DNA of 60,780 nt, filler included, from Catajapyx aquilonaris (GCA_000934665.2; 3 parts of 3 records of this genome joined end to end with filler, not necessarily neighbours in it); one strand, 5' to 3'; shown: positions 22,688-36,115, numbered from the whole stretch's first letter. The notes: generated from the sequence alone by a model not told the origin. Program-made: numbers and translations.

Positions 22688-25351
22688 ATACACGGTGATG
22701 GCCGGAAGCCCCCAGAAGATGCTGGAGCACCTTCTTGAGACACGACTGGACGGACGCGAACTTCCCGGAAGAGAAGACGCATTCCGGTTATCCCAACCCG
22801 GATTGGTGGCCCCGGATTACTTCCTGGACGACTTCCTTCTGACCCACATCATCTTCATGCCTGTCAACCAGCTTGTGACGGAGCTGACTAGGCAATATCC
22901 TTTTGTACACCTTTGGGTGGGGCAAGGGGGGGCAATATTTATTTGACCCAATTATGCGACCCTTAACTTGATCCCCTCACCTATAGGATCGATTCTCCTA
23001 GTCAAGACCAGGAGTTTCTACTGGCCTGCAAGAGAAGAGTAGTGCAGTTTGTGCATCGTTGGGTCATGACCATTCGTGACCCCGTGTTCGAAGAGCAGGT
23101 GGCACATTCCTTCCTGGAGGTCAGTGACAGGTCGCTTCTTTGTATCTCGAGCAGAGGCTTTTTCTTTTCGTAAGATCCTTTGGGAATTGTTTCCATTAAA
23201 AGTTGGATGGCTTTTTTTTGTGCGGCAAACTTTTTTGTGTGTGGAGCTTTCATCGGGGGGAAAGAGGTTTTTCGTAAAGGCCCAGGAGGCATTTCAATGG
23301 ACTCGGGCGGACCTCATTTCGCGAGAGAGTGTCGTGGTACAGTATCGGCTTAGTGGCACGATGTTATTGTGACTTATCAGCCAATTTTGTGAGGTATTAT
23401 AGGAAGAAGCAGTAATGAGTTAAATTGTGTGCAGGAGCTGTACAATGAAGTGAAGAACGAGAGTGCCAAGTACAGTCCTCTGAGAGAGGAAACCGCGTTG
23501 CTGAACCACGTGATGGACCTGCGACAAAAACATCTGGACGAGAAACAGTCCAGCGCAGGACAAACCTGGAAGCTTCCTCCAGGTGGACAACCTATCACGC
23601 TGTTCACACCTAACATCTCGCAGGATGAGGACTGCTTCGAAAGGAGGAGTCCAATGCGCACCACAGATGACAGTAAGTGACAATGCAGGTCGCTTATCTA
23701 AAAAAAATTGTTATGCCATACCACCAGGGTCTCACAACTTTTTCAGAAGTGTCCAATTTTGACTATTTTCTCTTCTTATTCCAGTCATATTCAGGGTTTA
23801 CTGCGCCGATCACACTTACTGCACCTTGAGATTTCCGCTAACCACCACTGCAGAGACGGTCAAACACAGCGCAGCCGATAAGCTGGGCCTGAAGAGGGAC
23901 GATTTGCTTCTAGTGGAGCTCAAATCATCCGGTAAGACCTCCCAAGAGATTCCTTTAGGTGTCTGCATCAGCAGATTTTTCTAAACCCACTTTTCTTTGC
24001 AGGCGAGAAAGTTGTGTTCAAAGATGGAGAAGTGAGCATTCCGACGGCCCTCAGTCTCAACGGGAGGATTTTCCTCTCGCCAAAGGACCATCTGGATGCT
24101 CTGGTATCACCCACTTGTAAAAATGTCCAGTTTCCAGGGTACTTGACATCCCTTTTTTTGCAGACTTGTTTGTCGGACCAGGAAAGGCCTCCTTATGATG
24201 ATGGGGTGGACCTGGAAATTTTTAGCACCAAAGAGCTGGCATATCACCTGACAGTGCTGGATTGGACCTTCTTCTGCTGCGTTCACGAGGTAATATGTAT
24301 CTAGAATGAATCAAATGCCATTGTTGTTCCTTATGTTTTTGGAAGATGCACACATTGACAGAAGTTGTTTACAGTACGAGTTGATATACCACACGTTCGG
24401 GCGACATCACTTCCGAAAAATCACGTCTAATCTGGACGTGTTTCTTCGGCGGTTCAACGAGATGCAGTACTGGATAGTCACCGAGATATGCTCCACTCAG
24501 CATTTGAGCAAGCGGGTCCAACTCCTGAGGAAGTTTATCAAACTGGCCGCATAGTAAGTTGCTCATGTAAACAACCATTGTATGAATATAACATTATTTT
24601 GTTGCCCAAAGCTGCAAGGAGTACCAGAATTTGAACGCCTTTTTCGCCGTGGTGATGGGCTTGAGCAACGTGGCCGTGACAAGGTTGGCCCAGACTTGGG
24701 AGAAGCTGCCCTCAAAGTTCCGGAAGATGTTCAGCGAGTTCGAGACCCTGATTGACCCGTCTCGTAACCACAGGGCATACCGAATCGCCTTTGGGAAGCT
24801 GCATCCGCCTATCATACCCTTCATGCCGCTCCTGCTCAAAGGTCAGGTCACTTCATGTCCGAACTTAAGAGTTCATACTCACCCTGTTTCATTTGTCCAC
24901 ATCCAGACATGACGTTTACTCACGAGGGCAACAAGACCCTACTGGACGGTCTAGTCAACTTTGAAAAGATGCACATGCTGGCCCAAACCATGCGGACACT
25001 TCGGTACTGCAGGACCAGGCAGCTAAGTGAGTGTATGTGTGTCTTTTTTACGTGTGTCCAGTCATGTCCACTCATGGTCGGTCACTCTTCTTACTCTTCA
25101 CTCTATAGACTCGTCGCGTTTGTGCACGTAACTTTGTTACGTCCGCGTTGATGTAACGAGTCTAAGAGTTCCAGATACATTGAATGATGATTGTTAATGA
25201 CCCCCTGACCCCAATTCACATTCCAGTGATTCCACCCCCAACCCCAAAGAATGAGCCCGAAATCCGGTCGTACATCCGATGCCTCCGGGTGATAGACTGC
25301 CAGCGGATCCTGAACCAAATGGCGCAAAAGCTGGAACCCCGCCGATCGTGA
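22688..25351 (+). CDS. Epac: Rap guanine nucleotide exchange factor, Epac/RAPGEF4-like (REM, RA and CDC25 domains; 5' exons absent)
   Basis: In-frame exons 22688-22894, 22981-23119, 23435-23672, 23785-23931, 24003-24103, 24164-24289, 24375-24553, 24612-24841, 24907-25026, 25227-25351. Motifs: [56 protein letters not shown]-terminus LEPRRS*. Confidence 0.9.
22895..22980 (+). other. U12-type AT-AC intron
   Basis: 5' ATATCCTTT, branch CCTTAAC (22961-22967), 3' ...CAC. Removing it restores the frame (CA|C TAT AGG = H-Y-R). Confidence 0.92.
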
Positions 25352-27482
25352 GAAGCCTGCAGGTCAGCAGTTTTGCATCGTCCCACCGACCTTTTTTTGA
25401 CCGCGGGGGTCAGCTGTCCACTAGTCATCATTCGAGGACATCATATTATTACAACCCCATTTTCCCCTCCCAATCATCCGAGCTTGTACTTTTCAATTAG
25501 CGCCATCTCGTCGATTGATTCTGTTGCACCCGGACCAGAGTACAGTATATTTACCGTAGTGCATTAGCCCCAGTCACGTGGCGACGCCCAGTTAGAAGAA
25601 ACGGTGTCCCTTCGCATTTACACGCTGGTTACAAAGCAGGCCGCCACTGCCAGTGGGTACTGATCAGGATGTGCCCGGATTTTCATTCAAATTCAAGCCA
25701 AGTGAAGCACAGCCGTCAGAATAATTTAAAAAGTAGACTGTACATTGTTGTAATCAGTTTGTGTGTGCATTGTTCGCCATAATTAAATATCAGGAGATTA
25801 ATTCCTGCCTTTTTTGCTTTGAAACTACTCTTTGTGCAGTGCTCACTGATCAAATAAGCATGATTGCTCTCGAAGTCTCGATCATTTATCCTGTTGACGT
25901 GTTGTTTCACAAACAGTCCAGTCATTGTTATGACACTGACAATAATAGTGACACTTCCGGTGGCAATAAATACCAACAATAATAATAACACTGGGAAGGA
26001 ATCACAGTCTGATTCTAACTGGGCGACCACAATCTCTTTGCTTCCTTTAATGAATCTTGTCAATTTTTTTAATTATTTGACATCAAACTTCAAAGTGATT
26101 TTTAACAATTCCAAACATTACTGTATTCACTGCATATCTTTTCCGATTCAACTTCAGATGTGATAACTTTAAATCATGAAAATTGCCTACTCCTTGTCCC
26201 CCACCAATTTGAGAGTTGGCTTAACTTGTGACATGAAATTAGTACTTACCTGATTTAGTGAACTGTACACAGACAGGTGATCTGCAAAGGTTTCAGCTTC
26301 TTCCAAGAAAACTTCGGATTCGGACACGAAACTCTTCTTTCTCCCCCAAAAAAGCAAACTTTTGAGCGATGGAGTAATTGCAGTGACGAGTTGTCCTGGC
26401 CCCTCTTCCTCTTTGCTCAAACTTCTCAGGAAAAAAAAGCAAAAAAAAAACTTTCCTTACTCTTTTTCCTCCTCCGCTTCGTCCTCGACTTAAGGAAAAA
26501 GAGTGTCTGAAAAGCGTCTGGAAAAAAAATGATTTTTTTCTTGCTTCCAAATAAAATAGTACGACGATGGATAACGCGATGAATACTTCTGGTGGGCTAT
26601 AGCCGAAAAGTGACTTCTCCGTCTTTTTCTTCCTCTACTATAAAGTGCCAGGGCAACATAACCCATCTCCGACTCGTCCTCCGACGACCATTTTAGTGTA
26701 ACTATTGGAATATAATAGTCGCGAGAAGCCCCCCCCCCCNCCCCCCCCCCATTTTTGTGACAAATATGAAGATTTTATACTAAGCGAACGAGAGCGTTAT
26801 TTATTCCCAGAATATTATGTACATTTTTAAAAACCAGCTTAGTAATTTTTTCCCCTTCAAAGTGTGATTGCGTAGTTCATATTTCGTGTGTGAACCAATT
26901 CTCGGTGTCGAATGTTTTATTTCAATGACTTTTAAATAAATGATATTTCAGGGTCGTTTCTTTCCCCAGCGATTGATGCTGCTGAGATGGCTCGAAGGGA
27001 CACACACTTTTAATAATAAAAAATATATTTGGAAGAAGTGCTCAAGATTCTTGACTTGAAATCAAAATGTTTGAAAAAAATATATATACTATAAAATCTT
27101 GATTGCACTCTTCGGCCAGTCGAGGTGGGAACCGAGGCCTTTCTCTTTATGCCTTGAAAAGAGATATAAAAGAAAAAAAATCGTCATGCAAACTAGAATA
27201 GTCCTATACAAGCTCTGTGTGTTCGAATTAGCATGGGACCCAGGACTCTTTCTATACAATACTCCTTTGCATATATTTTTATACTCTATAAGTGTTTTAT
27301 CTTCCATCAGTCCTTCCCTCCCGAAAAAAAGCATCACTAACGCCCCCCCTCCCAACTTGTCATCTTTTCTTTTAATTAAGCACATTGTTTATTCCATGGT
27401 CGTGCTCTAATACCAATGTTTTGACTACAGTACAATGTAAATTTAAGGAATAAAACATTGTTAATTTCATAGCCAGGTGTGA

Positions 27483-30400
27483 TTAAAAGAGGAATTTTCC
27501 GGGCGGGTAACTAAACGGGTCGAACTCTTGGGTTAGGGTGATGACCTTATCTTCTGTGTCAGGGTCATCCGTACCGTCGGGGTTGGTACCGACATTCTTC
27601 CTGACATCGCACGTATCGAAACCGTACCGCAACGTGAAGAAGTACATGCATTCGACGCAACTGATAAGACTGAAACCCATGCACAGACCCAGGACACCAC
27701 CCACGTTGGCTGTGAAAGGTAAGGTCATCAGCAACAATGCTACAAGTACATATTGCCTCAATACTCACAAACGAAGTCTTCCCATGTGAACAGTTGGTCC
27801 CGTTTGTACCGCATTACTGTCGAATCCTTGAAGAAGACTCGTAGAATACTGATGCTGGCTCTGTTGACATACAAGGTTCTGTAACATGCTGACAATACAC
27901 CAGACAACGAGCCACGTACTGGACATATTGGATCTCCCCAAGTTGAGTGTGTCTCTCCATGGATTCCCTGAGTATCTTGGTCATATTTGGTTCCTGCTGG
28001 TTTGGAAACGGTGCAGCTGAGACCACAACGTCGTAGAAGGTCTCGTTACATGCTGGGAGACAGAACTCGGTGCAGCTGGACTCCTTTGACCTCTTCTTCT
28101 TGTCCTCGTTAGGAGCTTTTAGTAGCACTTGGGCAGTCAGGGTCTTTGGAAGTTTACCTGAAATGTTTTCTTTTTGAGGTCCTCTGTCACATCCCGTGTG
28201 ACCTTCGTAGTTCGTCGCAAAATAAATTGGCTCGTGTCAGGCGATCGGGTTTGTGTGGGCAAAACGGATATTAGCCTAGAAGCCTCCTTATTCCTGCTGA
28301 CCAAGCGAACAATTTCCGTCCCTAATAGTCTGTCGTGATAATCGAGTTACGTGCGCCGGACATCAATGTCAATTGGCAACGCGAAAAGAGAGGAATATAG
28401 AAGCCTGTTTCTGTTCTTGAAAAAAAGAATTGCTGCTAAGGTCAAACCCTATAGCCTTAGTAAAATCGTGAATCAAACGTGTGACCTACCTTCCGAAGTC
28501 GTTGAGTTGTCATCATCCGGTCGCAGCGATTCTGTAATAGAAGGCCAGAGTTAGGAAGTTACTTCATAACAACACAGTCAAAAATATTACTGAATTTCTC
28601 AATTTATTCTTAATAAGCTTACATGTTAGATGATAACCAATCAAATTGAATTAATATCAAATTCAGTGTCTTACCCAGAGCTGGTTTGACGCAGTTGATG
28701 ACCTGATCCTGGTTGCAAACAGTGTAATTTCCAGGGTAGTAATATGGTATGCATTGGCAGGTGTGGAAAAGCAACTCGTTTTCACATTCGACCTCGCAGC
28801 TGGACCGACTGTAGTCCTTGTAGTACCTGAGAGCGAACTGGTCTCTAAAGTAGCACCGTCTCTTGTCGCTACTGAACCCTCGAAGCACACTGGTGCTGTA
28901 GGTGTCCGTCGCTTTGACTGCCACTTGGGTCTCCATACCAGGGGACACCATAATGCCCTTCTCACCTACTGCTGGAAATTCCTCAGGCCGGTGGACGTAC
29001 GCCTAGAAATAATTTCGACAATTTCATACCCATTTCATATCCTTTTTCAAATGGGTCACTTACCAAGAGTCCTTTGAAGCTGTCGGTCGGCACACTGTCG
29101 CATCTGAGAGTGTCCAACATAAGGGTGAGTCCTCTGCTTCGTCCAGATCCCATCGCCTTCAAAGGAAAATCTTCCTGCTTGACTGTCGATGTGGTAGCGT
29201 CATCCTTGGGGTTCAAAGGCGCTGTCGTAGGCGCAGCAGCTTCGCCCAGGTTGCAGGCCTTCGGGTTTCTTCGGCATTTAGTCAAAAACCGACATATTCC
29301 TGCCCATGAGCGATATGTTTTAAAATATCCCCGACTCATATTGTTGGGACACTTTACCTGGAAAAAGTCCATCGGAGTAGCTGTACCCGCAGGTATAGAT
29401 GTTGGGACTTTCCACTGGACACTCGATGGGCATTCCCTCCTCGTCTTTACACTTCTTCTCCTTCTCAGCAGTACCGCCCATCTTCTGCCTCATGTACTCT
29501 TCCGTGAAGTTCCAAACAGCCTTCTGCAGATAGGAAAACTCCACCTCCTGCTTGGCCACTATGCTCTCGTCCCTTCGGATCAAACAATGGCATACAAAGG
29601 TCACTGAGATTGTACACTATGTATACTGTACATATTAAAGTGTGTCTTACGATTCCTTTCCTTGGTCGAGTGATGGGACAGCATTGAAGGTGCAACAATA
29701 TCCGGAATCGGTCAGAACCATCCTAAAAAGCTCGTAGCATCGGGCTGGCTTGTTGTTCCATCGACAGCTCAAGATGAAGTCCTCGCATTTGGGTGACACC
29801 TACGTATCAGTCCAGGTTAACCTTGTCCAACAACACATCCACGTACTTACCATTCGCAAGAATTTGAGCGCTTTTTCTGCAGTTATCTTCAGGTCGTCCG
29901 TCGCTTGATCGTTATTCCTCGATTCCGGATCCACCAATCCGCCTATAATTCCTTTCATTTGGTTCAACGTGTAACTAGAATGAATGCAACAATAGTGATA
30001 GTCTATTCCAACTAATTTGGGGCCTATAGCAACTCACTTGGCTCTGCAGCCTTGGATAATCAGCTTCTCATTGACAGCCTTGTTAACAGTACAAATGGTG
30101 ACTGCCGGGAAGGCCAAGTTGTTAACCGGATAGTTGGTGCTGTCAACTGATGTGATAACAGGGCTGCTTTCCCATCTCTGCCAGATTTTGCTCATCAGAT
30201 ACATTGCCCCTGATGCTCCGAAGAGGCACCAGATTATCCAGAAAACCCTATAGATATGTTTATTTTTAGTGTTTTGCATATTGAAGTGACCACCTCAACT
30301 TTTCAAGAGGTTTTTACAGGGTGAAAGATGACTCAAAATAATATTGAGAGAGTCACTTATATGTGCCTAACCTTTCACATGCGTGTCTCTTCTCCTCGGT

Positions 30401-30655
30401 GATGTACCGGAGGCCATGGATGCTGGTGACTTCGCAGTATTGCTTGACATGCTTCTTGCAGCTGACCACTGGCTTCTTGGGCTTGACAGCCGATGCTCCC
30501 CTCGAGGTCACCAGAGGGAAGTCTCCAACGGTCTCAGGCACGAACTCAGGTGTTGAAGCCGCTCGTCTGAACCTGAGAGGAAGCCGCAACCGGAATCCTT
30601 TGGGGCCTGAAGCTGCAGGACTGGTCCGCTTCCACAATCCTTTAGACGTCACCAT
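27483..30655 (-). CDS. DEG/ENaC (pickpocket-like) amiloride-sensitive sodium channel subunit
   Basis: 11 in-frame exons: 30655-30372, 30247-30038, 29974-29851, 29799-29651, 29572-29358, 29299-29064, 29002-28675, 28531-28490, 28202-27920, 27860-27769, 27709-27483. Motifs: TSIHG, TM1, FPAVTIC, GYCCTFN, Cys-rich thumb (CLPAC), TM2 NVGGVLGLCMGFS. Confidence 0.9.
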
Positions 30656-30989
30656 CTTCGGTGGTAATCACTTGCAGCAGTCACCAATAGACACCATTGT
30701 CGTGTCCCTTTCAAGACTGATGTCTCTGGAAATGCCATTGGGCGTTTGCTTTAGAGGCTTGCGTGCCTGGAAGGACCCACAGGGCGGGGTAGAAAAGATC
30801 AGACCGTCAATGTGGGCGGGGAAGGAAATTATTATAGGAGGTCAATAATTAATTATGCATTGAATTTCTGATTTTTCAAAGTGGATGGGACACGGAATCG
30901 GATTTGTCATAAGCTCTTTCACATTCTGCCTTAGGTTGCTTTAACTGATGTGATTGTCTTTTTGGAAGAATTTTACTATTACTAGGCTG

Positions 30990-31031
30990 CTCCTCCTCCT
31001 CCTCCTCCTCCTCCTCCTCCTCCTCCTCCTC

Positions 31032-31077
<46 letters not shown>
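30990..31077. repeat. Compound (CCT)n(CTA)n microsatellite
   Basis: Directly visible, upstream of the ENaC start. Confidence 0.92.
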
Positions 31078-32380
31078 GTGAAGGTACAAGATAGAGGTGC
31101 ATTTCTGGTAATTTTTCAAATCTGATTACCCCTGCAAATGTTACTGCCCGTAACACAGGCTTGCGCAACTGGCTCCGCACCTGCCAGGATAACATTCAAT
31201 AATACCAGGAGTGATAACTGATAATACAGTGTAATACACTGGTAATACTGTAGCCTACTGAAAACCAGAGGTGTCCAACATTTTAGGATTTCAATCTCTC
31301 GAGTTTCATAAGTGCAGCACAGTTATGTACGAGTAAGTACTGTAGGCTACAGTATAATCATCCAGTGACTGATCAACTTTCAATGCACGTTTTCTTACTT
31401 TCGGTACAATGCGCAATTTCTGAAACTGGCCTACTTTTTGGTTCATAAATCGGTAACAAAAGTGACTCGTTTAATCAGAGAGATTTAATTTTTCTTTTTG
31501 ACAAAAATATCATGTCGTCAATAATAAGAGTGCGTCATATGCAAAAGCATAAAGTTCTAATTTTAAATAATGCACTCAAGAGCATCCCGATAAGAGGATA
31601 GTGTATCGCAGCAACCATGTTTTACAGTGTATTCATCTTCAGAAGATTTACTTTGCATATGCTGCAACACCTGATTCAGCGCCTCATCGTCTGCATTGCC
31701 ACTATATATCCTCCGTTGTCAGGATTCTGTTGTCATACAGTTGACAATATGTCACTTGAAGACATGAAGACATGCTTCGTAAATTATGTATGCAGAGCTC
31801 AGCATGGCTCAGATTTTTAGAAAGGAAATACACACCCTGTAATCATATGTATTCAAGCTACAATATTTTTTCCTCACACAAAATCGAAAACATGACGGAA
31901 ATACCGACGTAGTTCCGAATGTTTCATTCAGATGTCGCCCAAGCCTTTGTCGACCATGCTGTCTCCAAGCGGACGCTCCTGACACCACTTGCCCAACTGC
32001 AGTTGGTATCGACTATCGACCACTCTGCGTCTGCGCTACCGAAAATCGTCTTGAGATTATTCGTACTTCGTAGTAATTACGACAATCGAAGCATTGTCGG
32101 ATCACATTGCGACGTTGATTGAAACACTTCAAGTACCGGCGGTGTTCCCCTAGACGCCGAGAGACTCCCGGAGGCCTACCGGGTACACACCGTGTGATAG
32201 GTACGTGTCGGGTTCACATGGGCGTCGTTGTCGTTTGTCTTTAGGCCGCTGCTGTTCCGGATCAACCAATCAGCACATGTTGATTATCAGAAGTGTTGCT
32301 CCTAATTAGTTCTAAATGATTGTGTGCAATGATGTTGTGTATGTGCCACTATATTCCGCACTATGTTTTCAGGCCTGAAG

Positions 32381-35325
32381 ATGGTTGCGGACGAGAAGTC
32401 TCACTCCAGCCGGGGCGGGGTGGGCCACGAGTCAAGGGACCGGAACAGGGATGGACGGGGTGACCGCAGCGACAGGAGCGCGCGCGATCGTGACCCGCCT
32501 CGGTCACGTGTACAGCGGTCTCACAGCAGGTCTCCTCGTAACGATCGAGGTGGGGACCACAAGCGCAGCAATACAGCGTCAAAAGAAGGCAGGGATCACA
32601 AGGAGAGGGCTGGAAGCAGGGAGCGTGGGCATCGCAAGTCGGACCAGAAGAAGGAGGAGGGCAAGAAGGGAAAGAGTGAGGAAGAGCTGAAGATGGAGGC
32701 GGCGGAGGAGGAGGAGGAAGGGGAGGTGAAGACGAAGGAGAAGAAGGAGCCACTCTCCTTGGAGGAGCTGCTGGCCAAGAAGAAGGCCGAGGAGGCGCAG
32801 AGGAGCAAGCCAAAGTTTCTCACCAAGGAGGAGAGGGCTACGGAAGCACTCAAACGGAGGTATGCTTATTCTTGCAAAATTGGCTGCTGTAAGTACCGAG
32901 TTACAGATATGTTTCTTATCCACAGACAGCAAGAGGTGGACGGAATGAGGAAGCGTATGGATGAGGAGCGTCGTAAGAGAGTGGAGTTCCAGCGAGTGGC
33001 GGAAAGGGCCCTGGAAGAGACGTGGAGGGCAGAGAAGGAGCAGGAAAGAGAGAAGGAGATGTATGGGAGGCGGAGGGAGAGGGAACGTGAGAGGGAGAGG
33101 GAGGCGGAGAGGAGAAACAGGAAAGGCGGGCATGCCGAGCAGGAAGCGGAACGGGAGAAGAAGGATGCAGCTGCTGCGGCCGCATTGGCAGAGGCAGAGA
33201 ATGTTCCAGAGAAGGACAGGGAGAAGGAGGTCGAAGCGATCAGAGAGAGGTACTTGGGCATCATCAAGAAGAAGAGGAGGGTCAGGCGTCTTAACGATAG
33301 GAAGTTTGTCTTCGATTGGGATGCATCGGAGGACACTGCCGTCGACTACAACCCACTCTACAAGGAGAGACACCAAGTATGTGACAATCACTTGTAATCT
33401 CCAGCCTTAACGAGGAATTAGACTTGGAAGGTTCTATTGACAAAAACAAAAATGATGGAAATTATTCACATTTCTTGGCTGTCACCATGGAATATCATGG
33501 ACATAAGTAACAATTGAAGCATCTTGATTAGTAGATTGTGAAATGGGAATAAATTTAAATTGCCTATACTTGGCTGGATTTAATGGGATATTTTAGGCTA
33601 AATAGGCTCATATCAGGGAATAATTTGGATTATTTTTCCTCAACAGGTTCAGTTTTTCGGCCGTGGTCATGTTGCAGGAATTGACATAAAGGCTCAGAAG
33701 CGTGATCAGTCCAAGTTCTACGGTGATCTTCTGGAGAAGAGGCGTACAGAAGCAGAGAAGGAGCAAGAGAAGCTCCGCCTGAAGAAGCTGAAGAAAAAGG
33801 AGGACAAGCAGCGTTGGGATGACCGTCACTGGTCGGAGAAGAGCATTGATGAGATGACAGAGAGAGACTGGCGTATCTTCCGTGAGGACTACAACATCAC
33901 CATTAAGGGAGGTCGCATACCAAACCCATTCCGAAGCTGGAAGGAGTCGGGAATACCTGAAAACATCATGGAGATCATAGACAAGAGTGGATACGTGGAG
34001 CCGACCCCCATCCAGCGGCAGGCCATCCCAATTGGGCTCCAGAACCGGGATATCATTGGTGTGGCCGAGACTGGCTCTGGAAAGACCTTGGCGTTCTTGA
34101 TCCCACTGCTTATATGGATCCAGTCCCTTCCGAAGATAGAGCGAATTGAAGACGCAGATCAGGGTCCGTATGCAATCATTATGGCTCCGACACGTGAGCT
34201 GGCACAACAGATAGAGGAAGAATCAGTCAAGTTTGGACAACCCTTAGGGATCCGGACTGTGACTGTGATTGGAGGACTGTCCAAGGAGGCGCAGGGTTTC
34301 CGTCTGCGTATGGGTTGTGAGATTGTGATTGCCACTCCTGGACGTTTGATTGACGTGCTGGAGAATCGGTACCTTGTGCTAAGCCAGTGTACTTACATTG
34401 TGCTGGATGAGGGTGACCGCATGATTGACATGGGTTTCGAGCCGGACGTTCAGAAGATTCTGGAGTACATGCCAGTTACAAACATGAAGCCTGACACAGA
34501 GGATGCAGAAGATGAGGTGAAGCTGATGGCCAACTTCCACTCCAAGTCCAAGTACCGCCAGACAGTTATGTTCACCGCTACTATGCCACCTGCAGTCGAA
34601 CGTCTTGCACGTTCATACCTCCGTCGTCCTGCTGTGGTGTACATTGGGTCTGCAGGAAAGCCAACGGAGCGAGTGGAACAGATAGTGTACATGGTGTCCG
34701 AGTCCGAGAAGCGCAAGAAGCTGCTGCACATCTTGGAGCGCAACGTAGACCCACCAATCATCATATTTGTGAACCAGAAGAAGGGTGCGGACGTGCTGGC
34801 CAAAGGACTGGAGAAGCTTGGGTTCAACGCTTGTACTTTGCATGGAGGAAAGGGACAAGAGCAGCGTGAATACGCCCTGGCCAGTCTCAAGTCTGGTAAC
34901 AAGGACATTCTGGTGGCTACTGACGTTGCCGGAAGAGGTATCGACATCAAGGACGTATCGCTCGTCATCAACTATGACATGGCCAAGTCTGTTGAAGGTC
35001 AGTTTTGCATTTTATTTAATACTTTCTTACACCACTTTGCTCTTTCTTATCCCAACATTATGCATTCGTAACATGCTAATGAATATCTTCTGCCCTTTCA
35101 GATTACACTCATCGTATTGGCCGTACTGGTCGTGCCGGCAAGACTGGCATTGCCATATCCTTCCTGACGAAGGATGATTCCAACCTGTTCTACGATCTGA
35201 AGCAGACCATATTGTCCAGCCCAGTGTCCACCTGCCCTCCAGAGCTAGCCAACCATCCGGAAGCTCAGCACAAGCCTGGAACCGTCGTCACCAAGAAGAG
35301 GAGGGAAGAGAAGATATTCGCCTAG
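32381..35325 (+). CDS. DDX23: DEAD-box RNA helicase DDX23/Prp28 (U5-100K)
   Basis: Exons 32381-32859, 32926-33376, 33647-34997, 35102-35325. RS/charged N-terminus, [50 protein letters not shown]. Confidence 0.96.
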
Positions 35326-36115
35326 ACAAGCTTTGAGAGAGAAAGTCCTTGTCGAGGCTAGTACAGCATAATTGTGCCAGCTCCAACGAGCTTTAACTCG
35401 ACTGCAGAGGCTGTAAGGGAGCTACACTGTGCCAGTGTCACTTGACCAAAAAGTGACAAATACTGTTGCTGATTAATTACGGTATAAAATGGCATTACCA
35501 GTGGTGGATCTTTGTTTCAGGGTGAACGGAAAGTGAATGTATTTCGCAAAACAAAGATCATAAACGTAATGTCTGTTTTCATTCTTTCTGTTTCTAGGAG
35601 TAACACTGCAGGATCACATTTTTTGCAGTTGTGCATGATCGACGTTAAGTGTATGCCACAGACTTGCTGAATTAAACATAATTTTTTTGGCTAATTTTCA
35701 CTCTCATAATTAATGTCACACCCAAACAACTTCAATTGTGGAACTTTTTTTGTAGAATGTTCCTTTGGAACACTTGGACTTGTAACTGGCGCCAATTAGT
35801 TACCAGATGAAGCAACAATTTCCGAAGCATCCACCGCCCGTTCCTATTGGCTACAGTTCTGGTTCTGCTCTGTGATTGGTCCATCAGCCTCCTCGGTTGA
35901 GTGCCGTCCATTTCTGTTCAGCTGGCCACCCTGACCGGTGACGCAGCACCGTGTATCGAATGTACTACGATCACTTCCCGAGAGTGACTCCGCTTCTTTA
36001 GTTGTTTGGCCGGCTTCGGTTCGTCTCTTGCTGGGTACCGGTCTGCAAGGCAGCCTCGTTGACCTCGGGTCATCTCCAGTATTAGAATCGGGATAGGACA
36101 AGACAAGAAGCAGCC

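Noticed and set aside
30941..31195. Poly-Ser/Arg ORF
   Set aside because: Translation of the (CCT)n(CTA)n microsatellite.
32361..33391. Long antisense Ser/Leu/Pro-rich ORFs (also 50027-51207)
   Set aside because: Shadows of low-complexity charged or Pro-rich coding sequence in DDX23 and SMARCC.
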